Below, one piece after another: positions 25,225 to 34,305 of a DNA stretch of 39,824 nucleotides. Made by a program: the position numbers and the translations under genes. Positions within the stretch are counted from its first letter, which is position 1. Every line of letters begins with the position of its first letter. The stretch is from a virus. Its lineage: Duplodnaviria > Caudoviricetes. Where the stretch lies: IMG/VR virus record IMGVR_UViG_3300037420_000668, positions 1 through 39,824 of that record. One strand, given 5' to 3'. The notes beneath the pieces were generated by a model. That model saw only the letters and a list, made by a program, of their open reading frames with translations. It did not search any database and was not told where the DNA came from.

Positions 25225-26620
25225 TCAGAGGCTCTAGTTGGGCCTCAAGCCTGGAGAAGCTGACACACGTCCCGCTGATCCCCCTGAACCGGAACGCCCT
25301 CCACTGCCTCAGGAAGCCATTGCGGCGCCACGCAACCCTCAGACCTCTTTGCCCGGTAAAACCAGTCCTTGCTGAGCGTTCCTGGCTAAATTCAACGCCG
25401 TCATCGGTCCAGCGCATGAATACGCGCGGTTCAACACCGGGATCGGCACGGCCATAAAAACCCACCAATTCAAGATTGTGGCAAATCGCCCCGTGCCCTT
25501 GCGAATAGACAAGCTGAGCATCGAACTGCCACGCCGACTGATCCCCGAACTGGTTGTCATGGAGGTCAGTTAGAACACCCAAAGAGGAGGAAGTGAGGTC
25601 GCCGCAGTGCCATCCCCCATAGGCGAGGGTGAAGTTCCTCGCCCGGTACGGAGAAAGGCCGTCAGTCCCCGAGGCCAACCGATACCATGCCGGGACCTCA
25701 AGCGCTTGCGAGGCGAGCTGAGAATATACCAACGTCTGATCGGGCAAATGAAGGTAGAGGTCTTTGGCTCCTGCCCCTTCTCTCGCTTCCAAGATAACGC
25801 CGGCCAGATCCTCATCGGATAACGCCGCGAGTAGCCGGTCGATTTCGCGGGTTGAGATGGTAGTGGCCTGACCCTCGCCTAGCAGATACACTTGCGGCTG
25901 TTCGTTCCTTCCCGAGCCAACCATCGCGTAGGTCTCGAGAAAGCGGCACTTGGCATGCGTTCCGACGACGCCCTTGTCGATCTGGGCTCCTCTGTTCCTC
26001 TCGAACGGGAATCCCGTTGTTCCGGCATTGAAGAAGAACTCGGTGGTGGTGCGGTTGAAGGCGATAAGCTCGCCTCTTCGCGTTCCCAGCCCAAGAATTG
26101 GGTCGGGATCGGCTTCCGAGGAGCCGTATTTCAGCGGGTCGACGGAAGTTGGGTCGTTGAGCTCGGTAATGACGATTGAAGTCCCGTCAGTGGTGATGAA
26201 ATAGCCATCCTGCCACACCAAATCGATGACATCGCCAAGATCAGGGTCGGTCACCTGAACGAAGCCATTTGTTGAATCGTAAAGGTAGAGATCGAGGTTC
26301 CTGGCCACTGCCAAGCGGTCGAATGAGAAGGTCATTGTGCCCTGCCCCGTCCCGCCGAGCGTCCCTATCTGGTTTACCGCTCCATCATCGCCGACGCTGA
26401 TGAGCTTGGTTCCGGAAATCCGGTACATGAGCCCGTTCCAGACGATCCCGCCACCGTCTTTCCCTTTGCCCGTCGTAAATGTGTCAATTCCAGGTGCGGA
26501 GCGGAGGTAGCCTTGCGAAATGCCGGTTTCTTCGGCGTTCGGAGCTAGGTTCAAGGGGTAGCTCTGCTCGAAATCCGGCCCGCGCTGGCTGTAGACCCCG
26601 CTTAAAATCCCTATCTGCAT
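25217..26620 (-). CDS. packaged-DNA stabilization / tail hub protein (P22 gp10-like)
   Basis: YPLNL...SQGYLRSAPG...DGYF...DPLKYGSSEADPD. Confidence 0.88.
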   Translation of the reverse strand: MQIGILSGVYSQRGPDFEQSYPLNLAPNAEETGISQGYLRSAPGIDTFTTGKGKDGGGIVWNGLMYRISGTKLISVGDDGAVNQIGTLGGTGQGTMTFSFDRLAVARNLDLYLYDSTNGFVQVTDPDLGDVIDLVWQDGYFITTDGTSIVITELNDPTSVDPLKYGSSEADPDPILGLGTRRGELIAFNRTTTEFFFNAGTTGFPFERNRGAQIDKGVVGTHAKCRFLETYAMVGSGRNEQPQVYLLGEGQATTISTREIDRLLAALSDEDLAGVILEAREGAGAKDLYLHLPDQTLVYSQLASQALEVPAWYRLASGTDGLSPYRARNFTLAYGGWHCGDLTSSSLGVLTDLHDNQFGDQSAWQFDAQLVYSQGHGAICHNLELVGFYGRADPGVEPRVFMRWTDDGVEFSQERSARTGFTGQRGLRVAWRRNGFLRQWRAFRFRGISGTCVSFSRLEAQLEPLNG

Positions 26621-27330
26621 GACGGGAAGAAACGGAAGCCGAGGAAGCGGTCGTTTCCGGCTCCGGTCGGCAGTCTGTTCGGCAATTGATACTCAAAACG
26701 CCGAGCGTATTTGCAGAAGAACTCGGAGCGAGTTTCCGCAGCCTGTTTCACAAGCCCAGGAGCAGGCGGTTTGCCGTAATCCGGTGCCAAAGCGAGCGCC
26801 AGATTGGAGATGAACGTGTCAACGTCCTCTTCCCTGATCCCGGCCGCGTCAGAAGGAAGCGAAGTCCCGTTTGTCGTGGGCTGAATATAGCCGAACGGCT
26901 CCAGTTTCCCCTGCCAACGCGCAGCAAGGCTATCCAATTGTCGGAGGGCTGAATTATCCTCTTCGGCTTCGGTGTCGAACACGTAATTGGCAATGCCCAA
27001 TTTGCCCAGGGCGCGAATGACAAGAGTGCCTTTGGTGATTGAAGAGGCGGGATCGAGCGCGTCGGCTTCAGCGACGATCCTGAGATTGATCGTGCGGGTG
27101 ATATTCTGGCCGAGAGTTGTGACAACCGTGAGGCTGAGCATTGCGGCTTCATTCGCTACGCCGCCGGAGACGATGACATATGCTGTACGGGGGTCAGGGG
27201 GAACCACCTCCAGCGTCACCGTTCCCGACGTGCGGGTGAATACTGCCGTTTCGATCTTGTCGGGGTAGATTTCCGACAGGTCGTAGGAATAGAGCCGTGC
27301 GTCCTCGGGAGATTTGGGCGTCCAGTCCAT
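26611..27330 (-). CDS. head-tail connector (P22 gp4-like) with N-terminal extra domain
   Basis: TKGTLVIRALGKLG...ALRQLDSL...NLALALAPDYG...LPTGAGN from about residue 98. Confidence 0.82.
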   Translation of the reverse strand: MDWTPKSPEDARLYSYDLSEIYPDKIETAVFTRTSGTVTLEVVPPDPRTAYVIVSGGVANEAAMLSLTVVTTLGQNITRTINLRIVAEADALDPASSITKGTLVIRALGKLGIANYVFDTEAEEDNSALRQLDSLAARWQGKLEPFGYIQPTTNGTSLPSDAAGIREEDVDTFISNLALALAPDYGKPPAPGLVKQAAETRSEFFCKYARRFEYQLPNRLPTGAGNDRFLGFRFFPSCR

Positions 27331-27336
27331 CGGACA

Positions 27337-27374
27337 ACGCTACAGTCTTATGCGGGATCGACTGGCTTTTCTGA
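27337..27374 (-). promoter_or_regulatory. late promoter motif TCAGAA-N26-TAGCGT, leaderless
   Basis: ATG 6 nt downstream; no SD. Confidence 0.78.
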
Positions 27375-27379
27375 AGGCT

Positions 27380-27946
27380 TCAAACGAGCAGCTCGATCAG
27401 GGAAACCGGGCTTGATGTCGTTCCTGTGTAACCGGTGAGAGCGCCCGTCGTTGAGGATTCGTTCGTCCCGCTCTTGTACTCTCCGGTGACGTTGCCGCCG
27501 GCATTGGAACATTTGAAGGAATCGCTGGCGGCGCCGCCGTTAACCCACATGGCAAGAACCAGCGAATCCGAGGCGCCGTTAACGGACAGCAAGGCCGCAT
27601 CTGATACCTTTGTCGAGTTCAGCGCTATTGTCGTGCTGCCGCTGCCGCTCCACTTCACTTGAGCCGCGCTGGCGAACTGGAAGCTTCCTCCAGATTCTAT
27701 CCCGACCCATGCCTCACTGATCGTCACGCCTTCGGTGCTCGAGGAGCCGATGGTGAGCCGAACCTGCCGACCGCTAATGTCTGACAGAGCGGCAGCGTCA
27801 AAGCGGACACGCAAATTGAAGCCGTTCCATGCGCCGCTGTCGTTGGCGAGTGTGGCAGTATACGCAGAGGTCCACGTTCCCGATGATCCCCCGGCGGAGT
27901 TGCGGCACATATGCCCCGGCCCACGTCCGCCTAGGTGAATGCTCAT
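27380..27946 (-). CDS. putative head-spike adhesin (paralog of 23702..24244)
   Basis: TAATG-coupled to 101 aa decoration gene; beta-rich. Confidence 0.7.
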   Translation of the reverse strand: MSIHLGGRGPGHMCRNSAGGSSGTWTSAYTATLANDSGAWNGFNLRVRFDAAALSDISGRQVRLTIGSSSTEGVTISEAWVGIESGGSFQFASAAQVKWSGSGSTTIALNSTKVSDAALLSVNGASDSLVLAMWVNGGAASDSFKCSNAGGNVTGEYKSGTNESSTTGALTGYTGTTSSPVSLIELLV

Positions 27947-28251
27947 TAGAGGCCCGCGCCGGGCGTGAAGTAAATCTTCCCGGTGGAACCCGCAGCGATC
28001 ACCGCCACAGTGTCAGCATTGGCAGGCGTCGTGAACACTTCGGCGGCGCCAGGACCGATCGGAATGCCCGCCGCCGTCGTCGCCGTTACCGTCCCAGAGC
28101 TGTTGCCGAACTTGATCCACGCCGTGGCGGTGCCGTTGTTCATCACGCGCACCTGATCGACGGGGTCAGTCCCGAACGCCACCGATTGGCTGGAGCTCGA
28201 AACGTCGATGTTGACGGTCGCACCGCCTGGCTCAAAGGCTTTGTTGTCCAT
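27946..28251 (-). CDS. capsid decoration / spike-base-like protein
   Basis: 101 aa beta-sandwich-like VRVMNNG...PIGPG...VAVI...IYFTPG; head module. Confidence 0.65.
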   Translation of the reverse strand: MDNKAFEPGGATVNIDVSSSSQSVAFGTDPVDQVRVMNNGTATAWIKFGNSSGTVTATTAAGIPIGPGAAEVFTTPANADTVAVIAAGSTGKIYFTPGAGL

Positions 28252-28258
28252 GCCGCCG

Positions 28259-28296
28259 ACGGTACGCGATTAGCGCTTCTTGGCTGCCTTTTCTGA
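28259..28296 (-). promoter_or_regulatory. late promoter motif TCAGAA-N26-TACCGT, leaderless
   Basis: ATG 7 nt downstream; no SD. Confidence 0.75.
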
Positions 28297-28524
28297 ACGC
28301 TTCTTGGCCTTCGGCTTCGCGGGTGCCTTTGGCTCCGGCTTTTCCGCCTTTGGTGTCGGTTCGACAGATGCTACTGGCTCGGCAACAGGCTCCTCAAGCG
28401 GGAACCAGTGCTGCATCAGCCGCACCTGTTCCTCGTTCTCATTGTTGACGACGACGCGCTCATAATGACGTCCGTTGATGATCTCGGGACCACCGAGCCG
28501 GAACAGTGATTTGGGATACGTCAT
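28270..28524 (-). CDS. small head-module protein with Lys/Pro tail
   Basis: MTYPKSLFR...VVNNENEE...W; AAGGAGG RBS. Confidence 0.75.
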   Translation of the reverse strand: MTYPKSLFRLGGPEIINGRHYERVVVNNENEEQVRLMQHWFPLEEPVAEPVASVEPTPKAEKPEPKAPAKPKAKKRSEKAAKKR

Positions 28525-29228
28525 GCTGCCTCCTTCTCCCTGATCTTGTCGCTAAGGCTCACCAGGAACTTATGAAGATTCCCCGGATAGGAGCTGACCT
28601 TGGAATGATGGGTAATGTCCAGATCCGGAATGACCCAAATCTCGCCGCCCATCTCGTGCCAACGCCTAGAGAAAGCATAATCCTCGCCCCACCAGATGCC
28701 CTCGTGCGCGCCGTGGTTGAACAGGTCGATCGAAGGAGCGTAGCGCGGCCCGAAGCACAGCTCGGGATAGGCGCCCATGAAGCCGTCAATTGCCGTGGCA
28801 GTGACCTTGAGGAAGCCAGCCGGGATCCATTCGGCCTTCACACACCCGTCTTCCCTGACAATCGGCCTTCCCGCCTCATTTTCAGCGAGGCGGCCCATGT
28901 ACTTCTCTTCGTCCATCTTGAAGCGATAGGCGCCGGAAACGACCTCTCCTTGGGTCTGGATCAGCTTGACCAACGCTTCGGGCGGGAACGATAGATCGTA
29001 ATCGAGAAAAATGATGATGTCGGCCTTGGCGTCCAGTGCCTTGCGGAGCATCGTCGCCCGAGCCGAGGAAATGTATGGACAACCGACCTCGAACACCATT
29101 TTATGGTCGTATCCGGCAGCATCCAATGCAGGAACGGACGCCTCGATCGCTTTGACCAAGGCGTCCGTTGGCTTTTCAAGACAAGGGCAGCAAAAGACCA
29201 CCCTCGCCTTAGGCTTTTCAGCCGTCAC
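28521..29228 (-). CDS. GT-A fold glycosyltransferase-like protein
   Basis: IFLDYD (DxD), PAGFLKV, GEDYAFSRRWHEMGGEIW...ITH; start uncertain (GTG 29228 or 29267). Confidence 0.78.
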   Translation of the reverse strand: MTAEKPKARVVFCCPCLEKPTDALVKAIEASVPALDAAGYDHKMVFEVGCPYISSARATMLRKALDAKADIIIFLDYDLSFPPEALVKLIQTQGEVVSGAYRFKMDEEKYMGRLAENEAGRPIVREDGCVKAEWIPAGFLKVTATAIDGFMGAYPELCFGPRYAPSIDLFNHGAHEGIWWGEDYAFSRRWHEMGGEIWVIPDLDITHHSKVSSYPGNLHKFLVSLSDKIREKEAA

Positions 29229-29235
29229 GGAAGGG

Positions 29236-29472
29236 CTAGCTTCCGTTCCATAGGCCGAGCGCTGCAAGAGTATTCATGACCTCCAGCAGAGCCGCCTTGG
29301 TGTTCGTGTCGAGCGCGGTGGACGAGGCAGTGCCGACGTTCGAGGTGGCCTGCGCGGCGCCACTGCGCCGAACGATCGGCGTCGTGAGTCCGTAAAAGCC
29401 GATCTTGTCCGTCGACGCACGACCCAAAACAAGGCCGTCGTCGTTGCCGGTGCCGAGATATTCGTTTGCCAT
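29236..29472 (-). CDS. small capsid-associated protein
   Basis: DGLVLG...DKIGFYG...TLAALGL; AAAGGA RBS, directly after coat gene. Confidence 0.7.
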   Translation of the reverse strand: MANEYLGTGNDDGLVLGRASTDKIGFYGLTTPIVRRSGAAQATSNVGTASSTALDTNTKAALLEVMNTLAALGLWNGS

Positions 29473-29492
29473 TTCTTAGTTCCTTTCTCGGC

Positions 29493-30671
29493 CTAGTTGT
29501 TGTGGAGGCGGCAAGCGAGCTGATTGCGCAGCGTCTTGTAGCCATAGAGGACATCGAGACGACACGGGAAGTTGTCGTTGTTGATGTCGTAGTCGCGCAC
29601 AACGCGGATGCTGATCCCGTCGACCATATCGCGCGCCGAGAAGTCGACGCCCTGCGGCATTTCGAGGTCGGCAGTGGCGAAGCCGAACGCACCCTCCTGG
29701 TACAGCATGGAGGTAGACACCGCCGTAGAGGCAGTACCCAGCACCGTTACCGTCTTGGACGCGCCGGCTGAAGCAATCGTGATGTTCTGCTTCGGACCGG
29801 AAGTGATCGGCGTCGGATAGGCCACAATCGCGGTCGTGCCATCGGCGCTCGCCACGAACTGCTGCAAGATGCCGGTGTCGACCTTCGATTCCGGGTGAAC
29901 CTTGGTCACGCCCGCAATCGTGAACACGTCGCCTTGCTTGATCGTGCCCGAACCACCGGAGAGAGTGATGGTGGCGGTGCCCGAGGTGATGCCGGTCGAG
30001 GTGTTGCAGACGTAGGAAGCCGCATCACCACGGTTATGCGCGGCCCACAGCGTATTCTCCACGAAATCGAACCCGGCGACACGACCCATATAGCCTTCGC
30101 GGTACTGCGTCGAAAGCTGTCCCGAATCCTGGAACAGGGTCTTGAGTGCGTCGACCAGATCGACGCCTTCCTGCGTTTGCAGGCTGGCGGTGCGAGCATC
30201 GAGCGGGCAGAGCGCGTCCTGAAGGACCTTGCGGCCGGCAAGAACCTTGGCCAGCGTGAGAGCTGACGCGCCGTTCCAGACCGACTGGTAGATGTCCTTG
30301 TACATGCTCATCGCGTCGGCTTCGATATTGGCCGCAAGGACCGTCGCAGCCGGATCGATGTAGCGCTTCGAGAAGTCGTCAATCGACAGAGTCAGCTCCG
30401 ACGAGGAGAAGATCATGTCGACGCCCTTCTGGGTCGCCACGGTGAGCGTGACGCTCGACTCGGACACGTCCTGAACGTCAATCGTCTTGCCGGTACGAAC
30501 CGAAAACTGGTTCGGCAGTCGGATCTTCAGGTCGGCGCCGATTTTCGCGCCTTCGCGGGCATAGCTCGAATCGTAGCTCCGGGTGATGGAGCCGACGAAA
30601 TTGAGCTTTTGATGGAGAACGCGAAGAAATTCCCGCGTTACCATCGTCGGGGTGAGGAGACTGTTGGCCAT
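29493..30671 (-). CDS. major capsid protein (P22 coat family)
   Basis: MANSLLTPTMVTRE...GAKIG...LSIDDFSKRYI...RLDVLYG. Confidence 0.93.
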   Translation of the reverse strand: MANSLLTPTMVTREFLRVLHQKLNFVGSITRSYDSSYAREGAKIGADLKIRLPNQFSVRTGKTIDVQDVSESSVTLTVATQKGVDMIFSSSELTLSIDDFSKRYIDPAATVLAANIEADAMSMYKDIYQSVWNGASALTLAKVLAGRKVLQDALCPLDARTASLQTQEGVDLVDALKTLFQDSGQLSTQYREGYMGRVAGFDFVENTLWAAHNRGDAASYVCNTSTGITSGTATITLSGGSGTIKQGDVFTIAGVTKVHPESKVDTGILQQFVASADGTTAIVAYPTPITSGPKQNITIASAGASKTVTVLGTASTAVSTSMLYQEGAFGFATADLEMPQGVDFSARDMVDGISIRVVRDYDINNDNFPCRLDVLYGYKTLRNQLACRLHNN

Positions 30672-30697
30672 TGGTCGCTACTTTCGCAAGAGGGGTT

Positions 30698-31501
30698 TCA
30701 GCGCTTGCGAATTTGCTCGTTGCGACGGCGGACCCACTCTTCGGCTGACAGTTTGTCGGACAGCTTCCCATCGTGGGTTAGCGGTCCCGAGCCAGAAACT
30801 CGGCTTTCCGGTGAGGTGGCCGGTTTCCTGCGCTCCATCTTCGTCTGCCCTTCAAGTTTGGCTGCCGCGAAAGCAAATTCGATCAGGTTGTCTTTGAGTG
30901 AGGCGAGCTGCCGGAGCTTTTCGGGGTGCTTGCCGAGGGCGTAGACAAACTTTGCCTTGTCCTCGATTCCCTCGATGAGGATTGCCTGCTGCGCCGGGGT
31001 TAGAACCCCCCACACTTCGGCTTCGGCTTCGGAGAAGTCCTTGACGCCCAGCGTTTGCTTCTGTTCGCTGTAGACCTCGACCTTGGCCAAATACCTCTTC
31101 TGGGATTCCTCTGCTGATTTCTCAGCTTCGGACTTCGCTTTCTCCGCTGCCGTCTTGCGATCGAGGTAGGAATTATATTCCTGCTCGAACCGCTCCTCGT
31201 CGTAATCGCAGCTTTCGAGCGTCGGCTTTTGGCCTACTTCTGGAATGTTGGCTGGCTTGGCCTTTTTCGCCTCTGCCAGTTCGCGCTCCAGCTCTCGGTT
31301 GCGCTTGCGAAGATCGCGCACCCATTCCGGTGCTTCCTCTGAGGCTGGCGCTGCCTCTTCGCCGAACGAAACGATGACTTCTTCGTCATCTCCTTCCGCC
31401 TCGGTTTCGGTCTTTTCGCCTTCTTCGGGGGCTTGCACCTCCTCGGTTAGCTCTAGTACCTCTTCCTCGCCTTCCGGCTGTTCGTTAAGCTCATCTGCCA
31501 T
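30698..31501 (-). CDS. scaffolding protein
   Basis: Acidic N-terminus, coiled coil, KPTLE..DYDEE; between portal and coat. Confidence 0.85.
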   Translation of the reverse strand: MADELNEQPEGEEEVLELTEEVQAPEEGEKTETEAEGDDEEVIVSFGEEAAPASEEAPEWVRDLRKRNRELERELAEAKKAKPANIPEVGQKPTLESCDYDEERFEQEYNSYLDRKTAAEKAKSEAEKSAEESQKRYLAKVEVYSEQKQTLGVKDFSEAEAEVWGVLTPAQQAILIEGIEDKAKFVYALGKHPEKLRQLASLKDNLIEFAFAAAKLEGQTKMERRKPATSPESRVSGSGPLTHDGKLSDKLSAEEWVRRRNEQIRKR

Positions 31502-31547
31502 TCAAAGACCCTCTCACCGTCGCGGCTGGTGGCTGCCGATGCGGGGG

Positions 31548-31585
31548 AGAATATTTGAACTTTCAGATTGCTATTGATTTTCTGA
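31548..31585 (-). promoter_or_regulatory. late promoter motif TCAGAA-N26-TATTCT
   Basis: Upstream of scaffold-coat cluster. Confidence 0.78.
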
Positions 31586-33688
31586 GAATGGCTTGTGGGC
31601 CTTGAGGCGATTGGTCTGCGCGTTGGTCGCCTCGATCGCCAGTTTGGCGGGCATGTGCGCCGTGGCCGTCTCAAGATTATCCGCCTCGGCGGCTGTTTTT
31701 CTGATCTGCACGGCCTCGTGAACCGCCTTGAGTCCGGTTGGGACTTCCGGTGCCTTGTCCGGACCTCCTATTGCTGTCGCCTGAGCAACCTTGAGGATCG
31801 TATCGGCCTTTCTCTGGCCAGCGGAGGCAGCCAAGTCTTCGGCTTTGGCGGCGGCGAGCTGCTGTGTCGGATCGGGCTGCTGGCTTCCCTGCTCCTGGGC
31901 CAGTTCCTGCTTTTCTTCGTCGGTGGGCTGGAGAATACCCATCCGAACACCGCGCATCCTGACCCATTTCTTGAGGTCGTTGATCCCCTCGCCGTCCATC
32001 TCGGCCAGAGCGGCTGTGATACATGCAGCCCCTAGCTCCTGATCCTGAGCCGTAGCCGCGACTTCGGCCATCCCGACGAGCGAACGGACCGTGGCGTCCC
32101 TCCGGGTACGTGATGAAGGCCCAACGTCGACAACGCAGCGGTAATTGCCGTCAAATGCGTTGCGCGTGATCTGGCTTCCATCCTTGGCCAGAGTGGGTTC
32201 GTTCAGTTTGATGTATTTATCCCCGCCCTTCTCATCGATGGCGCGCATCTTGCGGTCTTCCTCGACGTAGAGCTCAGCGGCCATGCCCTTCCACACCGTC
32301 CCGCAGCGGCGAACCGCAGTCGCGAAATTGTCGGTGTAGATGAAGGTCTTTGAATCCACCCGCTGGTGGACAAGTTCGATCGCTTGCGCCGATGTGTTCG
32401 AGGGAACGTCGTCGGCCTGTTCCGAGCTTCCAGTGATGTCGGCAATGTCCTGCCCAGATAGCTGGATGAGTGCAGCGAGTGCAGCGGGAACCTGTGTCGG
32501 CTCGACTTTGCCAACAGCGCCGGCCTGCGCAATCGAGCCGTCTTCATTCCTGAGTGCCCGAGCCAGCGCATAAGGATGGCGCTTGATGTTGCCATTAGCC
32601 CAATCCGCCTCAAGACCGGCAACCTGTTCGGGATCGAAGATGGGTCGTTCCAGCGGAGATATAGCGGCGATCTCGGCCAGCTGGGACACCTGGGCATTGT
32701 ACACCCGCTGGGGATCCTTGGCCTTCCGAACATGGCCGGCGCAGCGTTCGATGTTCTCGACCACCCAACGTTTTGCATAATAGGTGATGACGGGGATATT
32801 GGGACCCGCGATCTTCTCTTCCTCGAGAACCTCGGCCCCTGACATGGTGTATTTGGTGACAGCGGGCTTCTTCACCGTGCGTGTACGGCTGACCGTCCAG
32901 CCTTGACTTCTCAGGTCGCTCAATTCCTCCGGCTCGGGATCGTACAGAGTCTTCTCGTCAGGAACGACCGGATGCTCTAGAGTGACCTTCTCGGTCTTTA
33001 CCTCATCGATCTCGTAATATTCGCCGAGGTAGACGATTTCGCCCTGATACCAGTTGAAGTTCGACTGCGGCCAGCGGGTGAAATCGCTATCGGCCTTGCC
33101 GTCATATTGCTCCTCGAACGCATCCTTGGTGATTGGGGTGAGGACAAGGCACCATTTGGCGTCGGCTTTATCGACTCGCTTGGCTTCCGGATCCCAGAAC
33201 ACCCTTTGGTCGGCGTCGGTGATCGGCTCGAACGCGATGCGCTGATAATCGTTGTCGGGATCGCTCTCGTCTTCGTAGCACGACCTTAGCCGCCACGCTC
33301 CCATGCCCCCGCTAACGCCTTCCTCGAAGGCATTGTCTTGCGCTTCCTGACCACCATCCTCGAAGTCGGCTCGGTACAAGCCTTCCAGCGCATCGGCGGT
33401 GTCATCGTCACCGTTCTCATCGTCGGGACGGAAGTCGACCGAGATTCGGTTGTTGCGGTACTCGGAGAAGATGCGGACGATTTCCTTGTGGGTCTTGTCG
33501 ACCTCCATCCGAGGAGCGTTCTGGAACTGCGAGGTCCACTCGTCATTCCACTGAGCTCCCCGGATCGTGCAGAACCGCCTGTCGTCAAGGCATTCTCTGC
33601 GCTCAGGCTCCTGGACGGTCCAGATCGCGTCCATGCGCTTCATCGCGCGCTCGTGAACAGCCTCTAGGTGTTTGGATTGCTCAGCCAC
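31571..33688 (-). CDS. portal protein (P22-like)
   Basis: DDRRF...GAQW...YRNNRI...GGMGAWRL...KDPQRVYN...VDVGPS. Confidence 0.92.
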   Translation of the reverse strand: MAEQSKHLEAVHERAMKRMDAIWTVQEPERRECLDDRRFCTIRGAQWNDEWTSQFQNAPRMEVDKTHKEIVRIFSEYRNNRISVDFRPDDENGDDDTADALEGLYRADFEDGGQEAQDNAFEEGVSGGMGAWRLRSCYEDESDPDNDYQRIAFEPITDADQRVFWDPEAKRVDKADAKWCLVLTPITKDAFEEQYDGKADSDFTRWPQSNFNWYQGEIVYLGEYYEIDEVKTEKVTLEHPVVPDEKTLYDPEPEELSDLRSQGWTVSRTRTVKKPAVTKYTMSGAEVLEEEKIAGPNIPVITYYAKRWVVENIERCAGHVRKAKDPQRVYNAQVSQLAEIAAISPLERPIFDPEQVAGLEADWANGNIKRHPYALARALRNEDGSIAQAGAVGKVEPTQVPAALAALIQLSGQDIADITGSSEQADDVPSNTSAQAIELVHQRVDSKTFIYTDNFATAVRRCGTVWKGMAAELYVEEDRKMRAIDEKGGDKYIKLNEPTLAKDGSQITRNAFDGNYRCVVDVGPSSRTRRDATVRSLVGMAEVAATAQDQELGAACITAALAEMDGEGINDLKKWVRMRGVRMGILQPTDEEKQELAQEQGSQQPDPTQQLAAAKAEDLAASAGQRKADTILKVAQATAIGGPDKAPEVPTGLKAVHEAVQIRKTAAEADNLETATAHMPAKLAIEATNAQTNRLKAHKPFSENQ

Positions 33689-34088
33689 AGCGCGGCTTCC
33701 GTCGCGTCACACGGTTCGTTTTCCACGCCTTTTGCAGACCTTCCTGAACAATCTGCTGGACGAGATAGGCTTCGGCCTCATGGCCCAAATCGCCAAGCCG
33801 CTCGCGCATATCCTGAACGACATGCGTGGCTTCATGCGCGACTAGGGCGGCGTATTGCTCCTTTGATCGCTTCTTGCTCGGCGGCTCGATGCAAACGATC
33901 GTTGTGCGGTCGCCGTTGCTTCCGGTCAGATAGTGCGTCGTCGCGTTGGCGTTTGGATTGATGTAGCCACCTGGCTCGCGGACCTTGAGCCGTTTCATCT
34001 CACGCTGAAAAGCGTCATCGCTCGTGGTGAAGCCCACATAACCGGGCCACGGGCCAAGGTTTAGATAATGGATGCGCTCGCGGCTCAC
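33681..34088 (-). CDS. HExxH metallopeptidase-like protein
   Basis: LVAHEATHV...EAEAY. Confidence 0.7.
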   Translation of the reverse strand: MSRERIHYLNLGPWPGYVGFTTSDDAFQREMKRLKVREPGGYINPNANATTHYLTGSNGDRTTIVCIEPPSKKRSKEQYAALVAHEATHVVQDMRERLGDLGHEAEAYLVQQIVQEGLQKAWKTNRVTRRKPRCG

Positions 34089-34094
34089 ACGCTT

Positions 34095-34132
34095 GGGATA
34101 ACCGCGCTTCTATTGGTGCGCGGACTTTCTGA
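34095..34132 (-). promoter_or_regulatory. late promoter motif TCAGAA-N26-TATCCC, leaderless
   Basis: GTG 6 nt downstream. Confidence 0.72.
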
Positions 34133-34148
34133 ATGTGGGAACCTCACG

Positions 34149-34305
34149 CTTTTTCAATCGGTTTTTGCTGAGCCCGGTTATGAGACGGGCCTGTCGCGGC
34201 GCGGATTGAAAGAGAAGCGCCGCAAAGCTCTTTAAGCCCCGGCGAAGTAGCGCATCCTGTTAGCTCACCCCCCCCGCTCAGGATCAGCGATGAAAAGCCG
34301 GGGCT
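34149..34305. other. structured intergenic region, candidate ncRNA or attenuator
   Basis: Three hairpins plus a long-range pairing into one loop. Confidence 0.4.

Noticed and set aside
29473-29495. Stop readthrough or frameshift fusing coat to the next gene
   Set aside because: Next gene is out of frame with the coat, has its own RBS, and no slippery site is evident
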